Below, in pieces: positions 1 to 9,171 of a stretch of DNA of 64,000 nucleotides; position 1 is the stretch's first letter; each line of letters starts with the position of its first letter. Origin of the DNA: Desulfatiglandales bacterium (GTDB taxonomy: Bacteria; Desulfobacterota; DSM-4660; Desulfatiglandales; Desulfatiglandaceae); the NCBI GenBank assembly GCA_963662465.1, contig OY759599.1, forward strand, positions 5,376,001-5,440,000, written 5' to 3'. Below the pieces are notes generated by a model. The model was not told the origin of the DNA, did no database searches, and saw only the letters and a program-made list of their open reading frames with translations. The position numbers and the translations under genes are program-made.

Positions 1-2
1 AT

Positions 3-3000
3 TACGAGGTTTTTGCCTGGTGGGTGAGCAACAGCAGTAGACGAACCAATGTGGCGTACAAAATTTATCACAACGGAACGCCCAGCACCGTTACCGTCAA
101 TCAACAGCAGAATGGCGGGCAATGGAATTCCCTGGGTTCCCACGCCCTTTCACCAGGCGATTATGTTAAACTTGTTACGACTGACCCCGGAACCAGCAGA
201 TACTGCGCCGATGCCATGAAGTTTGTGCCGGGTGGGGGAGGCGCCATCAGCATCAAAAACGCCCACTACTACACCTACTCCGACAGTGAGGATACACCTT
301 ACCTGATCGTGCTGGACGGCAGCATCAAATATTATCGCTTCAGCCGGAATGATGAGGATGATGTGTCCGAAGCCGGCCTCATCCTGGACACAACGCCCCC
401 TGACGACGTGGTTCCCAAGGACAGCGATGACAACATCCGTTCCTATGCGGCGGAACTTCAAAACTTCGCCAACTGGTTTTCCTTTTACCGGCGCCGTGAA
501 CTGACCGCCAAGGCGGCCATCGCCCGGGTTATCGACCAGATCGAGGGTGTGAAAGTCGGGTTTTACTCCATCAACAACCGCATCAATCAAACGGTTCTGC
601 CGGTGAATGTCACCCTGGGCGCCAGTACCTTCGACGATACCACCACCCTCCTGAACCTTTTGTATAGCCTCAATTCATCAAGCGGCACCCCCCTTCGCAA
701 CGCTCTCAAGAACGTGGGGGATTACTTTGATCAGGCCGGCGGCACCGGGGGCATCGGATCATCTCCCTATGCTTCCCTTGTTGACGGCGGCGCCTGCCAG
801 CAGTCTTTTGCCATTGTGGTAACAGATGGATTCTGGAACGGCTATCTCTCGGGCATCGGAAACGAGGATGGCGGCGAGGGGGCGCCCTATGCGGATAACT
901 GGTCGGGCACCCTCGCGGACGTGGCCATGAAGTACTATAAAACCGATCTTTCTACCAGCCTGACCGACCTGGTTCCCTCCAGTTACCCGGATTTGGCGAC
1001 CTGGCAGCACATGGTGACGTACGGCATTTCCTTCGGCGTCACCGGAACCTTGAACCCCTTTGATTATGACCTTTACAACATGGATGTTGCCCAACGCGTC
1101 TACCCCGCGTGGCCCAACCCCACCGACACGGAAAACCAGGAACGGGTCGACGATCTGTGGCATGCGGCGGTCAATGGCCGGGGGCAATTTCTGAGCGCCG
1201 CCAACCCGGAAAATCTCATCGATTCCCTGGAGGCCCTCATGGAAAACGTCATGAGCCGCATCGGAAGCGGCGCTTCCATATCCATTAACGGTGAGGAACT
1301 TCAGGCGGGAAGCCGTATTTACCAGGCCAGCTATTCCACGGATAACTGGACCGGCGACGTCAAGGCCTATGCCCTCAACCAGAGTTCGGGCGCCGTCATT
1401 CGGGACAACTATATCTGGTCCGCCAGTGAAGAACTGGCGGATATGACCCATGGCAGCCGTATCATTGCCACTTACAACACCGCTACTTCGACCGCCATTC
1501 CGTTCCAGTACAACCAACTCAGTCCGGCCCAGCAATTGCAATTGGATGCTGATCCCACCACGGCGGAGAGCATCCTGAATTATCTCCGGGGCGATGCCGC
1601 CGGCGAACAGCAAAACGGGGGCATCTTCAGAAATCGCAACAGCAAGCTGGGGGACATCGTTCACTCCTCGCCCACCTATTTTGACGACGTTATCTACGCC
1701 GGCGCCAACGACGGCATGCTGCACGCCTTCAACGCCTTGAATGGGCAGGAACTCTTTGCCTATGTGCCGGGCCAGGTGTTTGCCAACCTGTCCGACCTGG
1801 CCAATTTTGTTTATGCCCACCAATACTATGTGGATCTGACGCCCTATGTGGCGAACACGGGAAGCGGCACGCTGCTGGTGGGAGGGCTGGGGAAGGGGGG
1901 GAAAGGCTACTACTGCCTGGATGTGACCAACGCCAAAACCATGACGTCCGAAAGCGAACTGGCCGGCAACGTGAAATGGGAGTACCCCAACGCTGGGACG
2001 CCTTCGGGAGAAAGCAACGATATGGGGTACAGTTTCAGTGAGGCCTATATTGTTAAGTCCAATGACACGGCCCATCCCTGGGTGGCGGTATTTGGAAACG
2101 GCTATGCCAGCGCCAACGAACACGCCGTTCTCTTTGTGCTGGACGCCTTTACGGGCGTCAAAATCGCCCAGATCGACACCGGGATCGGATCCTGCAACGG
2201 TCTGTCCACGCCTATTCCCGTGGATGTGGGCCTGGATTACAAAATGGACTATGTCTATGCGGGGGATCTCAAGGGGAACCTGTGGAAATTCGATATGACC
2301 GGATCCAGCGCCAACTGGAAGTTAGCCTTTGGCTCACAACAACCCCTCTTTGAGGCCAGGGACGCCGCCGGGGCCGCACAGCCCATCACCACCAAACCCG
2401 AGGTTATGCTGCATTGCTCGCCCGAACTCCCCGGCTATATCGTCGTCACGGCCACGGGAAAATACCTCGGCGATGCGGATTTTGCTGATACCCAGACGCA
2501 AACCATCTACGGCCTGTGGGACTACGGCGATGATGCGGACGACAGCGAATATCTGGGGATTTTCAATCGCGGATCGACGCCTCAACTTTCCAACCAACCG
2601 AATGCCGTGACGCTGCTTCAGCAGGTGGAAGTCTATTACGGTCAACCCAGCAACAGCAATTACCCCCTCAGGGTCCTGAGCCAGTACACGCCTGACTGGA
2701 TTACCATGGCCGATGATATGGATGGTCAGGCAGTCGACCCATCAGACAGCGAAGACAACAATGCCGGATGGTATTTCGACCTTCCCATCAGTAAGGAAAG
2801 GGTCATCCGTAATTTTATGATTCGAAACGGCAAAGTCATCTTTATTTCGTCCATTCCCAAGAGTTCGCCATGCGCCGCCGGCGGGGATTCCATTCTCCAC
2901 GAAATAAACGCATGCACTGGAGGAAGGATGACCCAGGCCCAATTCGATATTAACAACGACGGCGTCATTGACGACGGCGACATGATCACAATCACCATTC

Positions 3001-3212
3001 CCGATCCTGATAACCCCGATAACACAATTGACATCCTGGTAGCCCCCACGGGCATCACCTATCCGGAGATGATCTATCCCCCGAAAATTATGCGACTCCC
3101 GGACGGCACGGAAACCAAGTATTTCAGCACCGCCTCCGGAAGTATCGAAATGCTTAAAGAGAAAGGGGAAAAACGGGGGATTTTTTACTGGCGGGAGCGG
3201 ACGGCGGATTGA
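3..3212 (+). CDS. pilY1: PilY1/PilC type IV pilus tip adhesin, 5'-truncated by the window edge
   Basis: Frame is open from base 3 (YEVFAWWV...). vWA-like segment (GTPLRNAL...CQQSFAIVVTDG), PilY1 propeller motifs (DDLWHAAVNGRG, LGDIVHSSP, GANDGMLHAF, YAGDLKGNLWKFD, GWYFDL) and Ca-loop FDINNDGVIDDGD. Confidence 0.92.
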   Translation, partial: YEVFAWWVSNSSRRTNVAYKIYHNGTPSTVTVNQQQNGGQWNSLGSHALSPGDYVKLVTTDPGTSRYCADAMKFVPGGGGAISIKNAHYYTYSDSEDTPYLIVLDGSIKYYRFSRNDEDDVSEAGLILDTTPPDDVVPKDSDDNIRSYAAELQNFANWFSFYRRRELTAKAAIARVIDQIEGVKVGFYSINNRINQTVLPVNVTLGASTFDDTTTLLNLLYSLNSSSGTPLRNALKNVGDYFDQAGGTGGIGSSPYASLVDGGACQQSFAIVVTDGFWNGYLSGIGNEDGGEGAPYADNWSGTLADVAMKYYKTDLSTSLTDLVPSSYPDLATWQHMVTYGISFGVTGTLNPFDYDLYNMDVAQRVYPAWPNPTDTENQERVDDLWHAAVNGRGQFLSAANPENLIDSLEALMENVMSRIGSGASISINGEELQAGSRIYQASYSTDNWTGDVKAYALNQSSGAVIRDNYIWSASEELADMTHGSRIIATYNTATSTAIPFQYNQLSPAQQLQLDADPTTAESILNYLRGDAAGEQQNGGIFRNRNSKLGDIVHSSPTYFDDVIYAGANDGMLHAFNALNGQELFAYVPGQVFANLSDLANFVYAHQYYVDLTPYVANTGSGTLLVGGLGKGGKGYYCLDVTNAKTMTSESELAGNVKWEYPNAGTPSGESNDMGYSFSEAYIVKSNDTAHPWVAVFGNGYASANEHAVLFVLDAFTGVKIAQIDTGIGSCNGLSTPIPVDVGLDYKMDYVYAGDLKGNLWKFDMTGSSANWKLAFGSQQPLFEARDAAGAAQPITTKPEVMLHCSPELPGYIVVTATGKYLGDADFADTQTQTIYGLWDYGDDADDSEYLGIFNRGSTPQLSNQPNAVTLLQQVEVYYGQPSNSNYPLRVLSQYTPDWITMADDMDGQAVDPSDSEDNNAGWYFDLPISKERVIRNFMIRNGKVIFISSIPKSSPCAAGGDSILHEINACTGGRMTQAQFDINNDGVIDDGDMITITIPDPDNPDNTIDILVAPTGITYPEMIYPPKIMRLPDGTETKYFSTASGSIEMLKEKGEKRGIFYWRERTAD

Positions 3213-3213
3213 G

Positions 3214-3251
3214 AAAAGTGAAGAGTGAAGAGTGAAAAGTGAAGAGTGAAG
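3214..3251 (+). repeat. Heptamer tandem repeat (AARAGTG)x5
   Basis: aaaagtg aagagtg aagagtg aaaagtg aagagtg aag between the pilY1 stop and the next RBS. Confidence 0.85.
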
Positions 3252-3262
3252 GGAGAGGGGCA

Positions 3263-3823
3263 ATGAAAGGGAGAATTGCCATAAACCTTTGGCGGTTTGT
3301 TTTTCTGGTGATGTTCTTTATGCTGACGGGTGTTCCTTCATTTGCGAAGGTTTACCAATATCGGGACCAAAACGGTCAGTTATGTTTTACAAATCAACTG
3401 TCGGATGTTCCCGAAGATCAACTGCCTGAAGTTCTGATGAAGCAGCCTGAAAAGTCGGCGGAAGCTCAGAAAACAGGTGAAAAAGCAACGGAACGGAACC
3501 CATCGGAACCGGAAAAGACAACCGAGCTTCCGACTGAAACGCCGGGGGCTGAAAGTCCCGACAAGCCGGTGCCAATCCCGATTGTTGAAGATCTCAACAA
3601 AGAAAAGGCCGCCCTGGACAAGATTCATGCAGCGCTTATGAAGCGGAAAAAGGATCTTCAGAAAGAAAAAGAAACCCTGAAGACGCCGGAACAAGTGCGG
3701 GAATACCAAAAAAAAGTGACCCGTTTGAACAACGAGATCGACAATTATACGAAACGCAACACAGCCTTTCAGAAAAAGGCCGATGCCTATAACAAAGCTG
3801 TTCGAGAAAAAGGAGATGAATGA
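3263..3823 (+). CDS. DUF4124-like exported protein with C-terminal coiled coil
   Basis: Signal peptide ending SFA, then KVYQYRDQNGQLCFTNQLSDVP (DUF4124-type motif). ATG at 3263 follows a GGAGAGG RBS. Confidence 0.8.
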   Translation: MKGRIAINLWRFVFLVMFFMLTGVPSFAKVYQYRDQNGQLCFTNQLSDVPEDQLPEVLMKQPEKSAEAQKTGEKATERNPSEPEKTTELPTETPGAESPDKPVPIPIVEDLNKEKAALDKIHAALMKRKKDLQKEKETLKTPEQVREYQKKVTRLNNEIDNYTKRNTAFQKKADAYNKAVREKGDE

Positions 3824-4191
3824 TGCGCGAAACGCACGGAACCCCTTTGTCGACATCCCTTACGCTGGCCCTGTTCCTCCTGACGGCCTTTTTTGCCATT
3901 GCGGCGCCTGAGTGCGCCAAAGCAGGTCAGACGCGAGGGGAAGGTTTCATCACCGGTTCTTCCCTTTCGGATTTCGACGGGGTGGGTCATATTGACAGCA
4001 TGGAAGGAGGTCAATTTGTGATCGATGACCGTTTAAGAGAGTTGTCTTCCGAAATAAAATATTATAAACCGGGACCCATCAAAATTCCCGCATCCGCCTT
4101 TTCCGTGGGCAGCCGGGTGGGATATGTGGAAGACCGCAATGGTCGGATTGTCTCACTGTGGCTTTTACCCGGCAAGTCAAAAGGAAAATGA
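3820..4191 (+). CDS. Small exported protein, PilY2-like
   Basis: Signal peptide; FDGVGHID...VIDDRLREL...VGSRVGY resembles PilY2 as I recall it; lies downstream of pilY1. Confidence 0.55.
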   Translation: MMRETHGTPLSTSLTLALFLLTAFFAIAAPECAKAGQTRGEGFITGSSLSDFDGVGHIDSMEGGQFVIDDRLRELSSEIKYYKPGPIKIPASAFSVGSRVGYVEDRNGRIVSLWLLPGKSKGK

Positions 4192-4213
4192 TCCCCCGTT
4201 CAGGACCTGACGA

Positions 4214-6037
4214 ATGAAAAAAAAACCCGGCGATCCTTTCGCCCCTGACACGATCTGCGATATTTTAAAAGAGCGAAACCTCATTTCCCCCCTCCAGGAA
4301 AAAATAATCCTGGCAAAAAGGCGCGAGGTTGAAAAAAAGATCGGACTGATCAATCGCGGAAAAAAAGACAATTTTTTTCCGGATGCCCGGTTTTTGGACA
4401 GTATATCCATTATCGATGTGATCACGTTCCTCAATCTCGAACGAGCCGATCAGACGGAAAAAGTGCTGGATGAGGATCTCATCTACCAGACCCTGGCCGA
4501 TGAATGGGATGTTCCCTACAAAAAAATAGATCCCCTCAGGCTGGACCTGAACCTGGTCACCACAACGATCCCCCACACCTTTGCCATGAAACACCTGATC
4601 CTCCCCATTGCCATTGAAGATCGGCATCTCCTTGTGGCCACGGCAAACCCGTTTCTTGAGGAAGTCCTGGAAGATGTGGCAAGGGTCAGCCATATGCCCG
4701 TCAAGCCCGTGGTTACCTCAAAAAGCGACGTCATTCGCTTGATCAAGGAATTTTTCGGCTTCAAACGGTCCATCTCAGCGGCCGAAACCCAGTTTACACG
4801 CCCAGGCGTCGATATCGGAAACCTGGAACAGTATGTGCGTTTGGATGACGCTTCAGATGATCCTGGCGTCAATGTCCGACATATCGTCAACGCCGTGGAT
4901 CATATTCTTTCCTATGCCTTTGACCAGCGCGCAAGCGATATTCACATTGAACCCAAGCGGGAAACCAGCATGGTGAGAATGCGCATCGACGGGGTCCTTC
5001 ACACGGCCTACAACCTTCCCAAGCCGGTTCATGCCGCCATCGTGAGCCGCATCAAAAACCTGGCGCGTTTGGATATGAGTGAAAAAAGGAGGCCCCAGGA
5101 CGGTCGAATCAAGACGGACAAAGCGGGCCTGGAGGTGGAAATCAGAGTGTCCACCATTCCCGTGGCCTTCGGGGAAAAGCTCGTTATGCGGATCATGGAC
5201 CCCACTGTGCTTTTTCAAGATCTGAAATACCTGGGCTTTTCTTCCCGTGATATGGCCTTTTACCAAAAATTCATCGAGATGCCTCACGGCATCGTACTGG
5301 TATGCGGACCTACCGGCAGTGGAAAATCTACAACCCTTTATTCAACCCTTCGAATGCTGTCGACCCCTGAAGTCAATGTGACCACCATTGAAGATCCCAT
5401 AGAAATGATCCATGAAGAATTCAACCAGATCGGCGTTCAGCCGGCAGTCGGGGTAACCTTTGCTTCCATTTTAAGAAATATCCTCCGGCAGGATCCGGAC
5501 ATCATTATGATTGGTGAAATGCGCGATCTGGAGACGGCGGAAAATGCCGTTCAAGCCGCCTTGACCGGGCATCTGGTGTTGTCAACCCTTCACACCAACG
5601 ATGCTCCTTCCGCCGTCACGCGGCTCATGGATCTGGGAATTCCGCCTTTCCTGATTGAAACCACATTGATCGGCGTACTGGCCCAGCGCCTTGTACGAAA
5701 AATTTGTCTTCATTGTCGGAAATCATTTATCATGAACCGTAAGCAACTGGCCCACATGGGTCTCGATCCCGGAAAAGAGGGACAATATAAGCTGTACCGG
5801 GGAGAAGGGTGCGTCAAGTGTCGCGGCACCGGTTATATGGGGCGGATCGGCATTTTCGAGGTGTTCCCCTTGACGGAGCGGATCAAAACTTTGATCCGGG
5901 AACAGGGATCTCAGTCGTCGATTCGAGACGAGGCCCTCCGGCAAGGCATGATTCCCCTCAGGCAAAATGCCATGAAGGCAGTGCTGAAAGGAATAACCAC
6001 ATATCAGGAGGTGCTCAGGGTCACCTGGGAACAGTAG
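4214..6037 (+). CDS. pilB: GspE/PulE/PilB family assembly ATPase
   Basis: ASDIHIEP, RMRIDG, PQDGR, Walker A GPTGSGKST, TIEDPIE, LRQDPDIIMIGEMRD, STLHTN and CxxC...CxxC zinc motif. Confidence 0.9.
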   Translation: MKKKPGDPFAPDTICDILKERNLISPLQEKIILAKRREVEKKIGLINRGKKDNFFPDARFLDSISIIDVITFLNLERADQTEKVLDEDLIYQTLADEWDVPYKKIDPLRLDLNLVTTTIPHTFAMKHLILPIAIEDRHLLVATANPFLEEVLEDVARVSHMPVKPVVTSKSDVIRLIKEFFGFKRSISAAETQFTRPGVDIGNLEQYVRLDDASDDPGVNVRHIVNAVDHILSYAFDQRASDIHIEPKRETSMVRMRIDGVLHTAYNLPKPVHAAIVSRIKNLARLDMSEKRRPQDGRIKTDKAGLEVEIRVSTIPVAFGEKLVMRIMDPTVLFQDLKYLGFSSRDMAFYQKFIEMPHGIVLVCGPTGSGKSTTLYSTLRMLSTPEVNVTTIEDPIEMIHEEFNQIGVQPAVGVTFASILRNILRQDPDIIMIGEMRDLETAENAVQAALTGHLVLSTLHTNDAPSAVTRLMDLGIPPFLIETTLIGVLAQRLVRKICLHCRKSFIMNRKQLAHMGLDPGKEGQYKLYRGEGCVKCRGTGYMGRIGIFEVFPLTERIKTLIREQGSQSSIRDEALRQGMIPLRQNAMKAVLKGITTYQEVLRVTWEQ

Positions 6038-6177
6038 GGCAACGCCGGGTAGTTGCTCTGTTTGGAGTATTATCAGGGCAGGGCGGGGGCCTGTCCCTAC
6101 TGTATGTGGTAAGGTCTAGACTCTAACATACAATATGCATGCATTTTCCCATAATTAAACCATCCTGGCATAAACCA

Positions 6178-6206
6178 TTGACAACACTTGGTTTTTATTA
6201 GATAAT
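6178..6206 (+). promoter_or_regulatory. sigma70-type promoter for pilM operon
   Basis: TTGACA-N17-GATAAT, 36 bp upstream of the ATG at 6243. Confidence 0.65.
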
Positions 6207-6242
6207 CTACAAATGTCGGTAAATATATGTGGAATATTGTTT

Positions 6243-7325
6243 ATGACCGTAAAGAAAAAAAATCAGTTGGTGGGCGTGGATATTGGCTCCCATTCCATCA
6301 AAGTGGTTGAAATCGATCAAAACAAACGAGGGCGATTTTTAAAGAATTTCGGCGCCGTCGGGTTGCCTCGGAATGCAATTCGGGAAGGCGACATCGTTGA
6401 AAAGACGGTGGTGGCTGAGGCTCTGAAAACGCTTTTTAGAAATCTGAAAATCAAGAACAGAAACGTTGCTGTTGCGTTGTCCGGATATCCGGTCATGGCC
6501 AAACGCATTACGCTGCCCAATACCAACCGAGAGAAGATCGAAAGCGCTATTCACGAACATGCTGAACAATACATACCCTTTGATATAAACGATGTGAATC
6601 TTGATTTTGACATTCTGAAAAGCAATGATGATCCTTTAGAAAAGGAGCATACGGATGAAGAGAATGAAGCCCTTGACGTTATGCTGGTTGCCGCCAAAAA
6701 AGATGTCATTGAAACTTATTTGGAACTGCTGGCAGCCGCGGATCTGACGCCGAGCGTACTGGACGTGGATGTGTTTGCCCTTCAAAATGCGGTTGAAATG
6801 ACCATCGGAGACAACAAAGAAGGTTATGCCATTGTCAATGTAGGGGCCGAAGAACTCGGCATCAATACCCTGTTCAATGGGTCGTCCCTGTTTTCCCGCG
6901 ATTCATCTTTTGGCGGCTCGCAGATCACGGATCTCATTATGAGCCATTTCGACGTGAATTTTGAAAAGGCCGAAGCGATCAAACTCGGTACGGAACAGAA
7001 CAAACCATGGGATGAAAACCTCGTAACCGGCGCTGCCGGCGTGGTTTCGGATTGGGTACAGGAAATCAAGCGCGCCCTGGATTTCGTGGATACCACCTAC
7101 CCGGACAAAACCATCAGCAAAATCTTTATATGCGGTGGTTCCTGCCGGATTAAAGGGTTTCAGGGCTACCTGGAAGACCAGGCCAGACTGCCTGTGCTGG
7201 AATTGAATCCTTTTTCGAATCTCATCACGAACCATGACCTCTTTGATGAAAAATACCTGAACTTTATGGCGCCGCAGGCTTGCGTGGCCACGGGACTGGC
7301 CCTGAGGAGCATTGACGATAAATGA
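6243..7325 (+). CDS. pilM: Type IV pilus assembly protein PilM
   Basis: VGVDIGSHSIKVVE actin-like motif, AEQYIPFDINDVNLDF, ATGLALR C-terminus. ATG 6243 preferred over 6213 because of the promoter position. Confidence 0.93.
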   Translation: MTVKKKNQLVGVDIGSHSIKVVEIDQNKRGRFLKNFGAVGLPRNAIREGDIVEKTVVAEALKTLFRNLKIKNRNVAVALSGYPVMAKRITLPNTNREKIESAIHEHAEQYIPFDINDVNLDFDILKSNDDPLEKEHTDEENEALDVMLVAAKKDVIETYLELLAAADLTPSVLDVDVFALQNAVEMTIGDNKEGYAIVNVGAEELGINTLFNGSSLFSRDSSFGGSQITDLIMSHFDVNFEKAEAIKLGTEQNKPWDENLVTGAAGVVSDWVQEIKRALDFVDTTYPDKTISKIFICGGSCRIKGFQGYLEDQARLPVLELNPFSNLITNHDLFDEKYLNFMAPQACVATGLALRSIDDK

Positions 7326-7921
7326 TTAAAATCAATCTCCTCCCTTTCAGAGGGGCACGCAGAAGAGAAAACGTCAGGCGTCAGATCAACGTTTTCTTTT
7401 TATGCCTGCTCTTCCTTTTTTCGCTCATGTTTTACTTTCACATCGACTCAAACATCCAGTTGGAGGAATTAAAGACCAGGGAAAAAAGCCTTCAAAAAGA
7501 ATTGAAAACTTACGAGCATATCACCAAGGAGATTGCGCAACTTAAAAACGAAACACAAACGCTTAAAACCAAACTGGAAGTCATCCGGAATCTGGAAAAA
7601 CAAAGGGTGGGTCCGGTTCAACTCCTGGCTCAAATCGCATATGCGGCGCCATTGGATCGTTTATGGTTGGAAAGCCTGACGGAGTCCCAAGGCGTGGTAA
7701 CATTGCAGGGAACCGCCATGGACAATGATACCGTGGCGCTTTTCATGACCGAACTTGAAAAGGCGCCCCAGATTCGCTCCGTGGATTTGGATAAGACCAC
7801 GCTCAAGTTTTTTCCGGAGCAAAAACTCAGGGCCGCCGGTTTTGTGTTGACGTGCCGTACGGCTTATGGGGCAGCAGCGCCCGAAAAAGAAAAAAAGCAG
7901 CAGAAGAAAAAAAGGCGGTGA
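7322..7921 (+). CDS. pilN: Type IV pilus assembly protein PilN
   Basis: MIKINLLP motif, single TM, coiled coil; follows pilM with an overlap. Confidence 0.92.
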   Translation: MIKINLLPFRGARRRENVRRQINVFFLCLLFLFSLMFYFHIDSNIQLEELKTREKSLQKELKTYEHITKEIAQLKNETQTLKTKLEVIRNLEKQRVGPVQLLAQIAYAAPLDRLWLESLTESQGVVTLQGTAMDNDTVALFMTELEKAPQIRSVDLDKTTLKFFPEQKLRAAGFVLTCRTAYGAAAPEKEKKQQKKKRR

Positions 7922-7927
7922 TTTTAG

Positions 7928-8557
7928 ATGCTTCTGCCAAAGTTATTAAACTGGCAATCCCTGGTCGAGGCTTTTTTTGAAAAAGCCGGAAAGATCGAGA
8001 GAAAAAAACGCCTTTTGATTTCTTTTGGAACGATTATTTTGTTTTGCGGCGCTTTCTATGCGGTGGATTACATGCCTAAAGCCGAAAAAATCGCCAATGT
8101 GAAAGAGAATGTGGATCGGTTGGAACAACAGTTAAGGACAGTCAAGATTCGCGCTGGAAGTTTACGGAAATTCAGGGAAGAATTTGCACGGGTGCAGGAA
8201 CAATTTCAAGATGCTCTCAAACTGCTGCCGGACAAACGAGAAATCCCTAATCTTTTGCGGAATATTTCACAGATGGGAACAGATTCCAACCTCGAGTTTC
8301 GCCTCATCAGTCCCCAACCGGAAAAACCCAAGGATTTTTATATGGAAATTCCCGTAGCGCTGGAAGTAAAAGGCGATTATCGAAACATTACCCTCTTCTT
8401 TGACCAAATCGGGCGTATGGATCGTATTATGAATATTCTCAATATCTCCATGAGCCCGGATAAGCCTCTGTCGACGACGCTCATCACAAAATGCATGGCC
8501 ATTACCTACCGGTTTAAAGGAAAAGACGATGTTAAAGAAGCGCCTAAAAAGAAATAA
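7928..8557 (+). CDS. pilO: Type IV pilus assembly protein PilO
   Basis: TM plus coiled coil, LLPDKREIPNLL, FYMEIPV...G.Y..I..FFD.I, TYRF. Confidence 0.92.
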   Translation: MLLPKLLNWQSLVEAFFEKAGKIERKKRLLISFGTIILFCGAFYAVDYMPKAEKIANVKENVDRLEQQLRTVKIRAGSLRKFREEFARVQEQFQDALKLLPDKREIPNLLRNISQMGTDSNLEFRLISPQPEKPKDFYMEIPVALEVKGDYRNITLFFDQIGRMDRIMNILNISMSPDKPLSTTLITKCMAITYRFKGKDDVKEAPKKK

Positions 8558-9155
8558 CAGGCGTATCGCACCTGCGCTTTTTTTGTTCATTGCTCTGGGG
8601 CTCTGTATGGTGATGCTTATCCGGCAAAATGCAGCCCACGCAAGTTCAACGGTCGTCTACAAACCCATGCTCCCTCAGAAAAACTTAAACACCGGTGAAA
8701 GCACCCCCCCCCCTCCCATGGATCTGGAAACGCTGCCGGACCCTTTTCTCTCCTATCTGGTGAGAGCGGGAAGAAACGAGGCGGCCCTGCTGAACCAGGA
8801 AAAAGAGAAGCTCAAACAAGCGGAACAAAAACTCGCGAATTTGAAGGCCGATGCGGCTGAAAGGCTGCGGCAAATGCGGGAACCCAAAACTGAACTTCAA
8901 AAACTGAACCTGCACCAGCTTTTATTGACGGCGATTATCCGCTCTCCGGAAGGGGCATGGGCCATGGTCAGGGATGAAAAGGGCATGGGCTACATCCTTA
9001 AAAAAGGAACCGCCATCGGTACCATGGGGGGGCGTGTCGCAAAAATATCCGGGCCACAGAAAAAAGTCATCATTAAAGAACCCTATTTGGAAAAAGAGAT
9101 TGAAATCAAGTATAAGACGGTTTCCATCGAGTTGCCGGACGAGGTTTTTGAATAA
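8529..9155 (+). CDS. pilP: Type IV pilus assembly protein PilP
   Basis: DPF motif, TELQK..L.QL.LTAII, AMVRD..G.GY..KKG..IG..GG.V; synteny after pilO. Confidence 0.82.
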   Translation: MLKKRLKRNNRRIAPALFLFIALGLCMVMLIRQNAAHASSTVVYKPMLPQKNLNTGESTPPPPMDLETLPDPFLSYLVRAGRNEAALLNQEKEKLKQAEQKLANLKADAAERLRQMREPKTELQKLNLHQLLLTAIIRSPEGAWAMVRDEKGMGYILKKGTAIGTMGGRVAKISGPQKKVIIKEPYLEKEIEIKYKTVSIELPDEVFE

Positions 9156-9171
9156 GAGTGGGGAAAAGTAA

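Noticed and set aside
6166..6183. sigma54 site upstream of pilM (TGGCATAAACCATTGA)
   Set aside because: No GC at -12; the overlapping sigma70 match is better.
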